The notes under the pieces were generated by a model, which worked only from the letters and a program-made list of their open reading frames with translations, was not told the DNA's origin and did no database searches. A stretch of 32,000 nucleotides of DNA from Thermoproteus tenax Kra 1 (GTDB taxonomy: Archaea; Thermoproteota; Thermoprotei; Thermoproteales; Thermoproteaceae). Location of the stretch: contig NC_016070.1 of assembly GCF_000253055.1 (NCBI RefSeq), positions 1,110,001 to 1,142,000 on the forward strand, written 5' to 3'. The position numbers and the translations under genes are program-made. Below, in pieces: positions 15,434 to 24,610 of this stretch. How positions within the stretch are numbered: position 1 is the stretch's first letter; each line of letters opens with the position of its first letter.

Positions 15434-17020
15434 TCACTTAATATATGTGCCAGCCCGGGGGGCCAGCTGGAGCCCGACGCCTCCGTGGCGCGTCCACCTA
15501 TCGCCGACCTTTATGAGCAAAGGCAGTGAGACCGAGACGCCGGTGATTAGGGCCATGTCCTCGTCGAGGCCTCTGAGCTGGTATGGATCGTCCAGATGCT
15601 CCGCCGCTGCGGCGACATATCTGAGGTCCACAGGGTTTATTATCCTCTTGAATATCTGAGTCATACACTGGGAGAGAGCATCGGGGTCCAGCTTGGTGGG
15701 CCTCTGCGAGATGAGGCAGAGGCCTACGCCGAACTTCCTCCCCTCTCTGGCGATCTTGACGGCGTAGGGCTTGCTGACGGGGGACTCCCTCGCCGGCACA
15801 AAGTTGTGCGCCTCCTCCAATACGACCAACGTCGGCACATTGAGCCTCCTCAGAGCCGCCTTGTAGATGCCGTCCAGAGCTACGGCTAGGAAGATCCTCT
15901 GGTCGAACAGATCCAGGCCGGAGAGGTCGAACACCCTCACTCCGGGCGAGGAGACCGCTTTGACGGGATCGAAGAGCCTCACGGGCTCTCCCGCGTAGAC
16001 TTCGCCGTATCTCTCAAGAAAGACGGGGCTCCCCTTGAACAAAGCCCTGAGCCTCCCGGCCAGCCCTCCCAGAGCCATCTCCCCCGCGTATCCCGCCGGA
16101 GCGGCCGCCTTCCCCTCCTGGATCACCTCATCTATCAACTCCTCAACGTCGGTCAAAGGCTGTCTATCGCCGTAGGAGGTCGCCCTCTGCCAACCCTCCT
16201 CGAGGATCCTCCTCTGGGCGTCGGTGAGGCCGTAGGAGGACTCCAGAAGCCTCTCCAGAACCCTTAGGGGGAGGGAGCGCGGGTTTATGCCGACTCTGGT
16301 GTAGCGGCGCACAGCTCCGAATTTAGCCTCGAAGGCTCTGTCCTGCGCTGATACGTCCACTTTGCCGACGACGTAGAGCTCAATCTGTTCCGACACGGCC
16401 TTGCCCTCCTCCGACTGCGGAATCTGCATAGCCGAGTACTCCCCGTGGGGGTCGAAGACGAGCACAGACACGTTGGCCGCAGCGGCGAGGCGCTCTATGA
16501 TGACTCCGGCGAGCCAAGACTTACCAGCGCCCGTGCTAGCCAATATGGCGCAGTGCTGCGAGACCAACTTGTTGGCGTCCACCAACGCCGGCACGTCGTA
16601 GCCCCACACTCTGCCTAGCTCTATATAGGGGCCCTCCCCCTTAGGCGTCAACAGCTTGGCCACGAGCTCCGGCGGCGCCTTGTAGACGTAGTCCAACGGC
16701 TTGAGCGGCCTCAGAGGCCTCCCCAGCCTCTCGCCTCTCACCACCCCCAAGATCACCGCCTTGGCCTCTGTGTAGTACAACGCAGCGTCGATGTTAAGTT
16801 TATCTCTAATGTATTTGACCGACTCCAAGTCGTCGAGCTGCGCCACCAGTCTGGCGTCCATGACGACGCTCCTCCTTCTGACGGCCACAGTCTTGGCCAA
16901 CACCTGCTCCCCCGAGCCGGCCAGCACAAGGGAGCCGCCCTCGGCCTCGACGTTCAAGAAAGTTCTGAATATGAAGTGGGTGGTCGAAGGCGCCTTGACG
17001 ACGACGCCTATGGGCTCCAC
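15434..17020 (-). CDS. HerA/FtsK-like (DUF87, COG0433-type) P-loop ATPase with an N-terminal HAS-barrel-like domain
   Basis: 528 aa. It has an N-terminal beta-rich segment (MEPIGVVVKAPSTTHFIFR...), Walker A ILASTGAGKSW and Walker B LVVLEEAHNFVP. It also has KIAREGRKFGVGLCLISQRPTKLD, typical of HerA-clade ATPases. Confidence 0.75.
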   Translation of the reverse strand: MEPIGVVVKAPSTTHFIFRTFLNVEAEGGSLVLAGSGEQVLAKTVAVRRRSVVMDARLVAQLDDLESVKYIRDKLNIDAALYYTEAKAVILGVVRGERLGRPLRPLKPLDYVYKAPPELVAKLLTPKGEGPYIELGRVWGYDVPALVDANKLVSQHCAILASTGAGKSWLAGVIIERLAAAANVSVLVFDPHGEYSAMQIPQSEEGKAVSEQIELYVVGKVDVSAQDRAFEAKFGAVRRYTRVGINPRSLPLRVLERLLESSYGLTDAQRRILEEGWQRATSYGDRQPLTDVEELIDEVIQEGKAAAPAGYAGEMALGGLAGRLRALFKGSPVFLERYGEVYAGEPVRLFDPVKAVSSPGVRVFDLSGLDLFDQRIFLAVALDGIYKAALRRLNVPTLVVLEEAHNFVPARESPVSKPYAVKIAREGRKFGVGLCLISQRPTKLDPDALSQCMTQIFKRIINPVDLRYVAAAAEHLDDPYQLRGLDEDMALITGVSVSLPLLIKVGDRWTRHGGVGLQLAPRAGTYIK

Positions 17021-17055
17021 ATAATGGCGCCCTCAAGCAAATATCAACCCATTAG

Positions 17056-17880
17056 TTATTCATACTCAAGCTTCGGCAGATCCTCCTCCTGTCTCACCTC
17101 CTTCGTCCTCCCCTCCACGTAGTACGCCCGCCAGCCCGCCCTCAACGCGCCCCTCAGGGCGAAGCGCGTCCTAAGCTCTGCTATAACCATGACGGGCGAC
17201 TTGGCCAAGCGCTCCAGGAGGTTCAGCGCCAGGTCGTAGTAGAGCGAGGATTCAAAGTCCTCTATCAGGAGGAGCACGTCCTTTCCCAAGGCCTCCTTCG
17301 CAAGAGCGGCCGACTCCGCCGACGCCGCCAGCTCTAGAGCCCTCCTGAAGCCCGCAGAGAGCGATCTAAACGGCATCCATCTCCCCTCCCACTTGACGGC
17401 GAGTCCGTCCCTAACGGCGGCAAGGCCGCCGAAGGCTGGCCCCAAGATCGATGGAGCGGCTTGCTCGATGCGCTCTAGGAGCTCGCCGCTGAGGGCCTCC
17501 TCGAGCCTCTTGGTAGCGTGCGCCGCCCCATCGTCGACAGTTAGATATTCGCCGGCCCAGAGCACGGCGGGCGCCTGGGGGATCCAAGGAGGGCTGAATC
17601 TGCCGGGCGCCACCTCGGTGAGGGCCGGCTCGCCGGGGGGCCTCGGCCGCCTCCGCAGTCTCCCCGGTATAACGAGCCTCCAGCCTCTGTCGGACTCCAC
17701 CAAGGCGTCGTCGGTTCCCCAGCCCACGTCATCCCGGGCGACCTCACCCCCTTGGAGGAGGAGCGCGACGGCCCTCATGATGGAGCTCTTGCCTCCTCCG
17801 TTCGGCCCGAAGAGGATCGTCTTGCCCAGCTCCAGAGTGGCCTCCTCCACCGCTCTAAAGTTGAGTATGCGGACCCGCAT
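17056..17880 (-). CDS. Small SMC/RecF/Rad50-head-like ABC ATPase without a coiled coil
   Basis: 274 aa. The N-terminus MRVRILNFRAVEEATLELGKTILFGPNGGGKSSIMRAVALLL has the SMC/RecF-type start and Walker A. It has the signature-like LSAGFRRALELA and an atypical Walker B, VLLLIEDFESSLYYD. Only about 150 aa separate Walker A from the signature motif, so there is no coiled-coil insertion. Confidence 0.65.
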   Translation of the reverse strand: MRVRILNFRAVEEATLELGKTILFGPNGGGKSSIMRAVALLLQGGEVARDDVGWGTDDALVESDRGWRLVIPGRLRRRPRPPGEPALTEVAPGRFSPPWIPQAPAVLWAGEYLTVDDGAAHATKRLEEALSGELLERIEQAAPSILGPAFGGLAAVRDGLAVKWEGRWMPFRSLSAGFRRALELAASAESAALAKEALGKDVLLLIEDFESSLYYDLALNLLERLAKSPVMVIAELRTRFALRGALRAGWRAYYVEGRTKEVRQEEDLPKLEYE

Positions 17881-17903
17881 TTAGACTAAGGAAAAAATAA
17901 GTT

Positions 17904-19343
17904 TTATTGTTTGCCTTGGTTGTTGGCCTGGCTGGCGAAGGCGAACTCGTCGTAGGCCACCTCGCCGTGCAGAGCTTTGTCGCCCACCTTGAGGTCGGCC
18001 TCGGGCGCCCGTAGCGGTGTTATTTTGCTAATCAGCTTCAAAATCAGAAAGGTCACAGCTGCGTCATAGGCAACCACTACGGCGGCTCCGAGCAGCTGGA
18101 GCAAGACTTGATAGGGGTTGCCGTAGAGCGCGCCGGTCAGCCCCGGAAAGACGTACTGTGTTATGCTCGGGTCTGCGAACACGCCAGTGAGGATGCCGCC
18201 CACTATTCCGGGCACGGCGTGATCCGAGAAGACGCCCAAGGCGTCGTCAATATGCTTAAGATATCTGAGTTGGAAGAAGTTGAGGGAGTACCACGCGGCG
18301 GCCGAGGAGGCGGCTCCTATCACAATCGCGCCTATCATGTTCACGTAGCCGGCGGCGGGCGTTATGCCGACGAGCCCGGCCACGGCGCCGGCGGCCGCGC
18401 CCGTGAGGGTAGGTTTGCCAAAATAGGCGGTGTCCAACAACATCCAGACTACTGTCGCCACGGCCGTGGCCACGTTCGTGGCCAACACGGCTATCGCTGC
18501 GTCCACAGTGGATCCGTACGGGTCTCCCCCATTGAAGCCGTTCCAACCCAACCAGACTAAGCCGAGGCCCGCGGCCACTTGAGTGAGGTTGTGAGGCGCC
18601 AGCCGCCTCTCCTCGATCAGCCTCGGGCCGACCATGGCCGCCGCTATGAAGGCCGCTATGCCTGCGTCCACGTGTATCACATAGCCGCCGGAGAAGTCCA
18701 CCACGCCGAGCTGCATGAGCCATCCTCCGCCCCACAGCCAGAAGGCCACGGGCGAGTAGACCAAGAGGCTCCAGAGGGGGACGAAGAGCATCCAGGCTTT
18801 GAAGTTCATCCTCTCGATGAGCGCGCCGACTATCAAGGCCGGGGTAATGGCGGCGAACACGAATTGGAAGAAGATGAGGGTCGCCATCACTATGTTGGGG
18901 TACGCCTGTGCGGCGGGCACCGCTGCCTGGCCCGCGGTGGCGTTGGCAGTGACTGCGGGCATCGGAGTGCCCAAGATGTAGTAGTTGCCTATCTTCAGAA
19001 GCGGCGGGCCGAAGCCGAACTCGTAGCCGGCGAGGATCCAGACTATGAGCACGACTGCGAAGGCGTAGAGCACCATCATCATAGTGTTTATGGCGTACTT
19101 ACGCTTGGTCATGCCGCCGTATAGGAGCATGAGGCCCGGAACGCTCTGTAGACCCACCAGGGTGGCGGCAGTCAACATCCAAGCGTTGCTACCTGTGTCG
19201 AGCCAAGTCGGAACGGCGGCGCTGGGATAGCCGGTGGTCCAGGGAAGCTGGGTCGCGTTGGACGTCGTCTGAGCGAGCGCTCCGCCAGCTGTCAATAACG
19301 CGAGCGCCATCAGCGCCTTCCAGAGACCTCTTCTTTTGTCCAT
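17904..19343 (-). CDS. amt: Ammonium transporter (Amt family), second paralog with a cleavable signal peptide
   Basis: From the internal ATG 19343 it reads [24 protein letters not shown] (signal peptide). Amt motifs follow ([44 protein letters not shown]). The track start 19430 adds a non-native-looking 29 aa. No PII gene is adjacent. Confidence 0.8.
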   Translation of the reverse strand: MDKRRGLWKALMALALLTAGGALAQTTSNATQLPWTTGYPSAAVPTWLDTGSNAWMLTAATLVGLQSVPGLMLLYGGMTKRKYAINTMMMVLYAFAVVLIVWILAGYEFGFGPPLLKIGNYYILGTPMPAVTANATAGQAAVPAAQAYPNIVMATLIFFQFVFAAITPALIVGALIERMNFKAWMLFVPLWSLLVYSPVAFWLWGGGWLMQLGVVDFSGGYVIHVDAGIAAFIAAAMVGPRLIEERRLAPHNLTQVAAGLGLVWLGWNGFNGGDPYGSTVDAAIAVLATNVATAVATVVWMLLDTAYFGKPTLTGAAAGAVAGLVGITPAAGYVNMIGAIVIGAASSAAAWYSLNFFQLRYLKHIDDALGVFSDHAVPGIVGGILTGVFADPSITQYVFPGLTGALYGNPYQVLLQLLGAAVVVAYDAAVTFLILKLISKITPLRAPEADLKVGDKALHGEVAYDEFAFASQANNQGKQ

Positions 19344-19845
19344 GGGCTGTGGAAGGGGGCCCCCTATGTAGATTCTATGTACATACGGCGGAAGACTATA
19401 TAGAAAAAATAGTAGCTGTGCAGAGGACATGTCCTTAAGCGTAGACTATATTCACCACTTTATCAAATTGTTGATTGAGTAAAAATTCAAAACCTAAAAT
19501 ATATATAGCATTATTCTTTAAAATTAAAAATAAATTGATAATAATGTTAAATAAAATATTAAATTCTGTAGATAGGAGGAACGGTAGACAATTTTTCTCT
19601 GTTTTTACATTTTTCCAGTCCTATTATATCTTCTTCCGGAGGGCGTCGATGGGCTCTAGCTCCTCAGTCGCTTGACAAAGATACCAAGCGCCCGACGTAG
19701 TAGTCCCGATCGGAGTCTTTTTTGCACTGCTCCATCGCCTGGGTTTGAACATATCGTCCTCCGCCTCTGCGACGCTATGGGGCCGGCTCTGATCGCCGCA
19801 GCTGTCTGATCGCCCCTCTCTGCCCCCAAAAAAGGCCGCGTGAGC

Positions 19846-20280
19846 CTAGGATCGGCCCAACGCCCTGGCTCTATAGGTTCTCCCCCCTCTGAACAAAAGG
19901 ACCGGCGCATTGCAGTTCAACTCCAGCGCCCTCCTTAAGGCGTCGTAGTCCCTGGTCACCACGGCGCAGCCGTCGCGGCACGCCAGCTCTACGGCGTATT
20001 CCTCGGCCGGCCTCCGCTCAGAGAGGACGCACTTCAGTCCCCACTTGGCGCAGAGCTCCAAGTACCTCCTCGCCAGCGGCAGATGTGCCTCCTCCCACGC
20101 GTCGATCACAAGGGTCGCGTCGAGGCCCGACTCGGCGAGGCCTCTGAAGAGCTCCTCCCGATCGCTGAGCGCGCCGGCGACTGAGAAAGCGTCCACGTAG
20201 AGACAGGGGTAGTTAGCCGGCGAGTCCGGCGAGAGCTCCACGTCGAGGGACCCCCACCGCTTCCTCGCGCGTCTCCTCAC
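19846..20280 (-). CDS. Small PIN-like (Fcf1/Nob1-style) domain protein, hypothetical
   Basis: A GTG start at 20280 gives 144 aa. It has PCLYVDAFSV (first PIN Asp context), acidic DAWEEAH, and C-terminal AVVTRDYDALRRALELNCNAPVLLF, which resembles the T-x-D-x-x-L...PV motif of Fcf1-type PINs. The longer track ORF overlaps the divergent phosphoesterase gene. Family call is tentative. Confidence 0.4.
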   Translation of the reverse strand: MRRRARKRWGSLDVELSPDSPANYPCLYVDAFSVAGALSDREELFRGLAESGLDATLVIDAWEEAHLPLARRYLELCAKWGLKCVLSERRPAEEYAVELACRDGCAVVTRDYDALRRALELNCNAPVLLFRGGRTYRARALGRS

Positions 20281-20325
20281 GGACTCTAGATCGCAAAAAA
20301 TTTTATTTGAAGTCGTCTGGAGGAC

Positions 20326-20946
20326 ATGCGCCTCCTCATAGTCTCCGATGTGCACGACGCCTTCGATAAAATATCGTCTATACCTGGCACCTACGACGCA
20401 GTAATTGCCGCCGGGGACTTCACCTACAAGAGGAGCATGGAGCATGTGAAGACGGCGCTGTCGCTTCTCTCCCGCATCGCCCCTGTGTACTTCGTGCCGG
20501 GGAATATGGATCCGCCGGAGGCGCTGGACTACGAGGCGCCGGGGATCCGCCCGCTCCACGGGAGAGTCCTCGAGATAGGCGGATACAAAATAGGCGGAGT
20601 GGGCGGCAGCCCTCCGACGCCCTTCAGAGACCTCATAAGGTTCACTGAGGAGGAGATATCCTCGGTGCTACAACGCCTCGGCAGAGTCGACATACTAGTC
20701 GCCCACTCGCCTCCGAGGGGGATCTTGGACAGAGTCGGCGGCTCTACGCCTGTCGGCAGCACCGCCGTGCTTAAATACGTCGAAGAGAATAGGCCGATCC
20801 TTTCAGTCCACGGACACATCCACGAGGACTACGGCGTCGTCGAAAGGGGCGGCACAGTCTTCGTAAACCCCGGGCCCCTCCTCTGGGGACAGTACGCCGT
20901 GGCTGAGCTCGGAAGCCCAGTGAGGGTGGAGCTGAGGCGGCTCTGA
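20326..20946 (+). CDS. Metallophosphoesterase (calcineurin-like)
   Basis: 206 aa with the motifs SDVHD, AAGDF, GNMD, VAHSPP and HGHIHE in canonical order. Confidence 0.8.
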   Translation: MRLLIVSDVHDAFDKISSIPGTYDAVIAAGDFTYKRSMEHVKTALSLLSRIAPVYFVPGNMDPPEALDYEAPGIRPLHGRVLEIGGYKIGGVGGSPPTPFRDLIRFTEEEISSVLQRLGRVDILVAHSPPRGILDRVGGSTPVGSTAVLKYVEENRPILSVHGHIHEDYGVVERGGTVFVNPGPLLWGQYAVAELGSPVRVELRRL

Positions 20947-20955
20947 GCCGGCGCC

Positions 20956-23900
20956 GTGCGCCCAGCGCTCCTCCCCCTCCTTCTGTTGGCCGCCTCCGCT
21001 CTGGCCCTCCAGCTCTCGCCGGGTTCGTGCTACACCTACTTCAACTTGACCATCTCCAGCGCCCCCGCCTACCTAATCGCGTATAACTACAACTCCACCT
21101 TTCTCTCAGCCTATCTGATGACGCCGCAGCAGGTCTCCGCCTTCGTAAACGGGCAGAGCGTGAGCCCCCTCGCGTCCTACCAACTGCCCCCATACTCGCC
21201 GTCGGCCTTCGAGGTAAATCAGACGGGCAATTATAACTTAGTCGTCTATCCAGTCCCCTGTAGCCAGAGGCTCCTCCTATATCTATCTTCCCCGCGAGGG
21301 GGCCTCCCCGTGGGTATAGCCTCCTATCCCGCGGAGCTTTTGTCGACTCAAGAGGTCGCAGGGTTCTTCAACATCACATCTATATCCGCCTACAACCCCA
21401 ACTTCAACCCGAGCGACGGCGCCTCTCTACAGTTGAACGCAGTGGTTCAAGTGCGTCTGGCCGATGGATCAACGCAGTACTACTGGGTCCAAGACATAGC
21501 CTGGTTCGAGACCTCCAGAGGCCAGGTGAACTTTGGAGACAACGTATGGAACTCCACCTCCCCCAGCTCCTCGGTGTCCCCCTCATCTATCAGCGGACAG
21601 GGCTCAGTCAACAACGGCGTTTACCTGTACGGGACCTACCTCCAGCCCTACGCTCTGCCGCTGGCGGGGTTCCTCGCGGTCAGAGCCTATGCGGCTAACG
21701 GCGCTGTCCACGTGGACTTCGGCTATCTGATCGCCCAGAACGGGGCACAGCTGTCCCAGAGCGGCGCCACGTGGTTCGACCATGTGACGATAACGCCCTC
21801 GCAACCGGCTGTCTCAGTCCAGATAGTCGTCACTACGACGTTCCCGACCAGCGGTGGGAACGCCCCCGACGTCGAGCTAGTGTTCGGCGGTATTGGAAAT
21901 GGGGAGATCACTACTTTCAACTCGCTTCGGGCGAGCCTCGGCCTATACTACCTAAACGGCTCTTCTTGGGTCCCTCTGCCCTACTTGTACACGTATGGCG
22001 CAGATACAGCGGAGGGAGCCACCGACCTGGCCACCTCTTGGGGCAACGGACTGGCCTCGGTCGCCGTAGGCCCCCTCAGCCCTGGCCGGCTGAGCCCCAC
22101 GTGCGTCCAAACGCCGCAGTCTCTGAGCTCCCCCGTCCAGTGGTCGCTCTATTGCTACGCCTCGGTCAAATACCCAGTCTCTATAACAAGCCCCATACCC
22201 ATCTACGTCAACGGCACCGAGACTACGTCGTACTCGGCCTATCTCCCCGCCGGCGCGGCCCTAGTGATCCAGGACGGCTACGCGCGCTACCCCAACGGCA
22301 CTATGTTCGTCCCCTCTGTCGGCAACGAGACGATAGTGGTCTCGGGCCCCATATCCTTGGCCGTGTCGTGGACGCCCTACTACCTAGTGAGAGTTAGCTC
22401 TCCGATCCCAGTTGAAGTGGACGGGCAGAGTGCGACTTACTTCTCTACATATATCAAGGCGGGGTCCTCCCTCGTGGTGCAGGCCCGGGAGGTCTATCTG
22501 CCCAACGGGACAATGCTGAGGCCGGCGCCGTCCTACCTCTCGTTGACTGTGGAGGGCCCCCTCAATATAACCGTCTCTTGGAGCAAATACTACGAACTCT
22601 ACGTGAAGAGCGCGTTTCCGGTCTACGTCAATGGATCCTCTGCGGCCGGCCCCGTCTACCTCCCGGCTGGGTCGCTCGCCGTTGTGACCGCGTATAACGT
22701 CACTTTGCCGAACGGAACAATGTTCGTCCCCTCGCCGCCCAGCGCAGTGGTGGATATGTCGGGCCCCGTCGTTCTTGAGGTGGACTGGGCGCCTCTGTAC
22801 CTCGTCTCTATATCCTCGCCTCTGCCCGTGCTGATCAACGGGACAGCTGCAGAGAGCTTCTCGAAGTACTTGAGACCGGGCTCCAGGCTGGCTCTGCAGA
22901 CCTCCAACGTAGTTCTGCCTAACGGAACAATGTTTGTGCCCAACGTGGGGAACTCCACAGTAACTGTGTCCGCCCCTCTGGCTATCTCTGTGGAGTGGAC
23001 GCCCTACTACCTAGTGAGGGTGGAGAGCCCGCTGCCCGTCCTTATCAACGGCACGGCCGCCGCCTCGGCCTACGTCAGACGGGGCTCCCTTGTGTACATA
23101 CGGGCCGTGAACATCACTCTCCCCAACGGCACTATGTTCGTCCCCTCGGTCGGCAACGAGACATTGGCGGTCACAGCGCCCTTGACGATCTCGGTGGAGT
23201 GGACTCCGTACTATCTGGTGGCGGTGAGGAGCCCGCTACCGGTGCTGGTCAACGGGACGGCGAGTGTGGACTACGAGCGGTACCTCAGAGCCGGCTCGAG
23301 GCTAGTCGTGTCGGCCGGCCCGGCCAGAGTGGGCAACGGCACCATGTTTGTGCCGGCCCAGCCCAACGCCACGCTCTTGGTGGCCGGCCCAGTGAACTAT
23401 ACCGTCGGCTGGATACCGTACTACCTCGTTGAAGTGGAGAGCTCGGAGCCTGTGTACGTCAACGGGACTGCGACCGTTAACTACACGGAATACGTGAGGG
23501 CGGGCTCGGCGCTCTACGTCGCGGCCCGCGCGATCTATCTAAGGAATGGTTCAGCGCTCTTCCCCTCGCCGGGCAACCTCACTCTCATAGTGAGGAGACC
23601 TGTGCAGCTCGCCGTCTCTTGGAGGGTCTACCACCTGGTCTCAGTGAGCTCGCCGTTGCCGGTCCTCGTCAACGGCTCGCGCGCCCAGTCCCTCTACGTT
23701 CCCGCGGGCTCTGTCGTTGTCGTGTCGGCCCATAGAGTAGTTCTGCCGAACGGCACTATGTTCGTCCCCTCGGTCGGCAACGAGACGATAGTGGTGGAGG
23801 GCGCTCTGAACATCGCCGTCAGCTGGACGCCGTACTACCTAGTGGAGGTCTACAGCCCTCTGCCGGTCTTTGTGAACGGGACCGCCGCCACGAGGTACGC

Positions 23901-24351
23901 GCAGTACGTGAGGGCGGGCTCGGCGCTGGCCTTGGGCGCGCCCCAGCGCGTTGTGTTCGACAACGGCACTATGTTTGTGCCGGCCGTGGGCAACGAGACG
24001 GTGGTGGTCTCCGCGCCGGCGAGGCTGGCCGTGTCTTGGATCCCCTACTACCTCGTCCAGATCTCGGGCCAGAGGCCGGTGCTCGTGAACGGAGTCTCCA
24101 CAGCGAGCTACGAGCAGTATCTGCGGCGCGGATCCAGTCTGTCCATAAGCGCAGAGCCAGTGCCGGAGTTCGGCGGGCTTATCGTGTTGGAGCCGAACGT
24201 CACACGGATGAATATAACTGTGGAGAGGCCTATAAAGGTCGGCGTAGTATATGCTCCGGACTACTCACGCCTTGAGGCCGTAGCCGCTGCCGCCTCGGCC
24301 GCCTCAGCCGCGGCGTCGCTGATACTACGCAGAAGACGCGCCGTCGCCTAG
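20956..24351 (+). CDS. Thermopsin-family (peptidase A5) domain fused to ten tandem ~70-aa repeats and a C-terminal TM anchor; surface glycoprotein or protease
   Basis: It has the signal peptide MRPALLPLLLLAASALA. The N-terminal ~390 aa match thermopsin blocks as I recall them (PVGIASYP, FNITSISAYN, SLQLNAVVQV, YYWVQDIAWFE, FGDNVWN, VELVFGGIGNGEITTFNSL, LGLYYLNG, LYTYGADTAEGA). Ten repeats follow, then AAAASAASAAASLILRRRRAVA. Confidence 0.8.
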   Translation: MRPALLPLLLLAASALALQLSPGSCYTYFNLTISSAPAYLIAYNYNSTFLSAYLMTPQQVSAFVNGQSVSPLASYQLPPYSPSAFEVNQTGNYNLVVYPVPCSQRLLLYLSSPRGGLPVGIASYPAELLSTQEVAGFFNITSISAYNPNFNPSDGASLQLNAVVQVRLADGSTQYYWVQDIAWFETSRGQVNFGDNVWNSTSPSSSVSPSSISGQGSVNNGVYLYGTYLQPYALPLAGFLAVRAYAANGAVHVDFGYLIAQNGAQLSQSGATWFDHVTITPSQPAVSVQIVVTTTFPTSGGNAPDVELVFGGIGNGEITTFNSLRASLGLYYLNGSSWVPLPYLYTYGADTAEGATDLATSWGNGLASVAVGPLSPGRLSPTCVQTPQSLSSPVQWSLYCYASVKYPVSITSPIPIYVNGTETTSYSAYLPAGAALVIQDGYARYPNGTMFVPSVGNETIVVSGPISLAVSWTPYYLVRVSSPIPVEVDGQSATYFSTYIKAGSSLVVQAREVYLPNGTMLRPAPSYLSLTVEGPLNITVSWSKYYELYVKSAFPVYVNGSSAAGPVYLPAGSLAVVTAYNVTLPNGTMFVPSPPSAVVDMSGPVVLEVDWAPLYLVSISSPLPVLINGTAAESFSKYLRPGSRLALQTSNVVLPNGTMFVPNVGNSTVTVSAPLAISVEWTPYYLVRVESPLPVLINGTAAASAYVRRGSLVYIRAVNITLPNGTMFVPSVGNETLAVTAPLTISVEWTPYYLVAVRSPLPVLVNGTASVDYERYLRAGSRLVVSAGPARVGNGTMFVPAQPNATLLVAGPVNYTVGWIPYYLVEVESSEPVYVNGTATVNYTEYVRAGSALYVAARAIYLRNGSALFPSPGNLTLIVRRPVQLAVSWRVYHLVSVSSPLPVLVNGSRAQSLYVPAGSVVVVSAHRVVLPNGTMFVPSVGNETIVVEGALNIAVSWTPYYLVEVYSPLPVFVNGTAATRYAQYVRAGSALALGAPQRVVFDNGTMFVPAVGNETVVVSAPARLAVSWIPYYLVQISGQRPVLVNGVSTASYEQYLRRGSSLSISAEPVPEFGGLIVLEPNVTRMNITVERPIKVGVVYAPDYSRLEAVAAAASAASAAASLILRRRRAVA
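22165..24256 (+). repeat. Ten in-frame tandem repeats (204-213 bp, 68-71 aa) inside the thermopsin-like gene
   Basis: Unit consensus is YYLVxVxSPLPVxVNGTxxxxYxxYxRAGSxLxxxxxxxxLPNGTMFVPSVGNETxxVxxPxxxxVxWxP. Unit starts are near 22165, 22378, 22588, 22795, 23005, 23209, 23419, 23629, 23833 and 24046. Near-identical DNA stretches AACGGCACTATGTTCGTCCCCTC(T/G)GTCGGCAACGAGAC occur at about 22294, 23124 and 23748. Confidence 0.9.
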
Positions 24352-24588
24352 CCACTGGGAGGCCCTCTTTATGATCCACGCCAGGATCAACGCGGCCAGA
24401 CCGCCGCAGAACATCGACGCGAGGGTCCACCCGATTATCTCCAGGACGTCCTCGACCTCGGGAACTGTGAGCAGCCTCATTATGGAGGTCATTAGCCACC
24501 ACCCCACCGTCCATATCATCAACATAGTGGCCACAAACAAGAGCCCTATCAGCGCAGCCTCAAAGATAGTGCGCAAGAGCCTCGCCAT
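24325..24588 (-). CDS. Small membrane protein (2-3 TM), hypothetical
   Basis: 87 aa with hydrophobic helices (AALIGLLFVATMLMIWTVGWWL, GWTLASMFCGGLAALILAWII). It starts 22 nt downstream of the AOR stop on the same strand. It overlaps the convergent thermopsin-like gene end by 27 nt. Confidence 0.45.
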   Translation of the reverse strand: MARLLRTIFEAALIGLLFVATMLMIWTVGWWLMTSIMRLLTVPEVEDVLEIIGWTLASMFCGGLAALILAWIIKRASQWLGDGASSA

Positions 24589-24610
24589 ATATCCTTCTGC
24601 ATAGATATAT

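Noticed and set aside
19475-19675. 66-aa ORF in the AT-rich spacer
   Set aside because: It has a non-ATG start and a low-complexity K/I/F/N-rich product dictated by A/T composition. The region is more plausibly the amt2 promoter.
20281-20559. Upstream extension of the 19846-20559 minus ORF
   Set aside because: It overlaps the well-supported divergent metallophosphoesterase gene. The internal GTG at 20280 leaves a 45-bp divergent promoter spacer with an A/T box.
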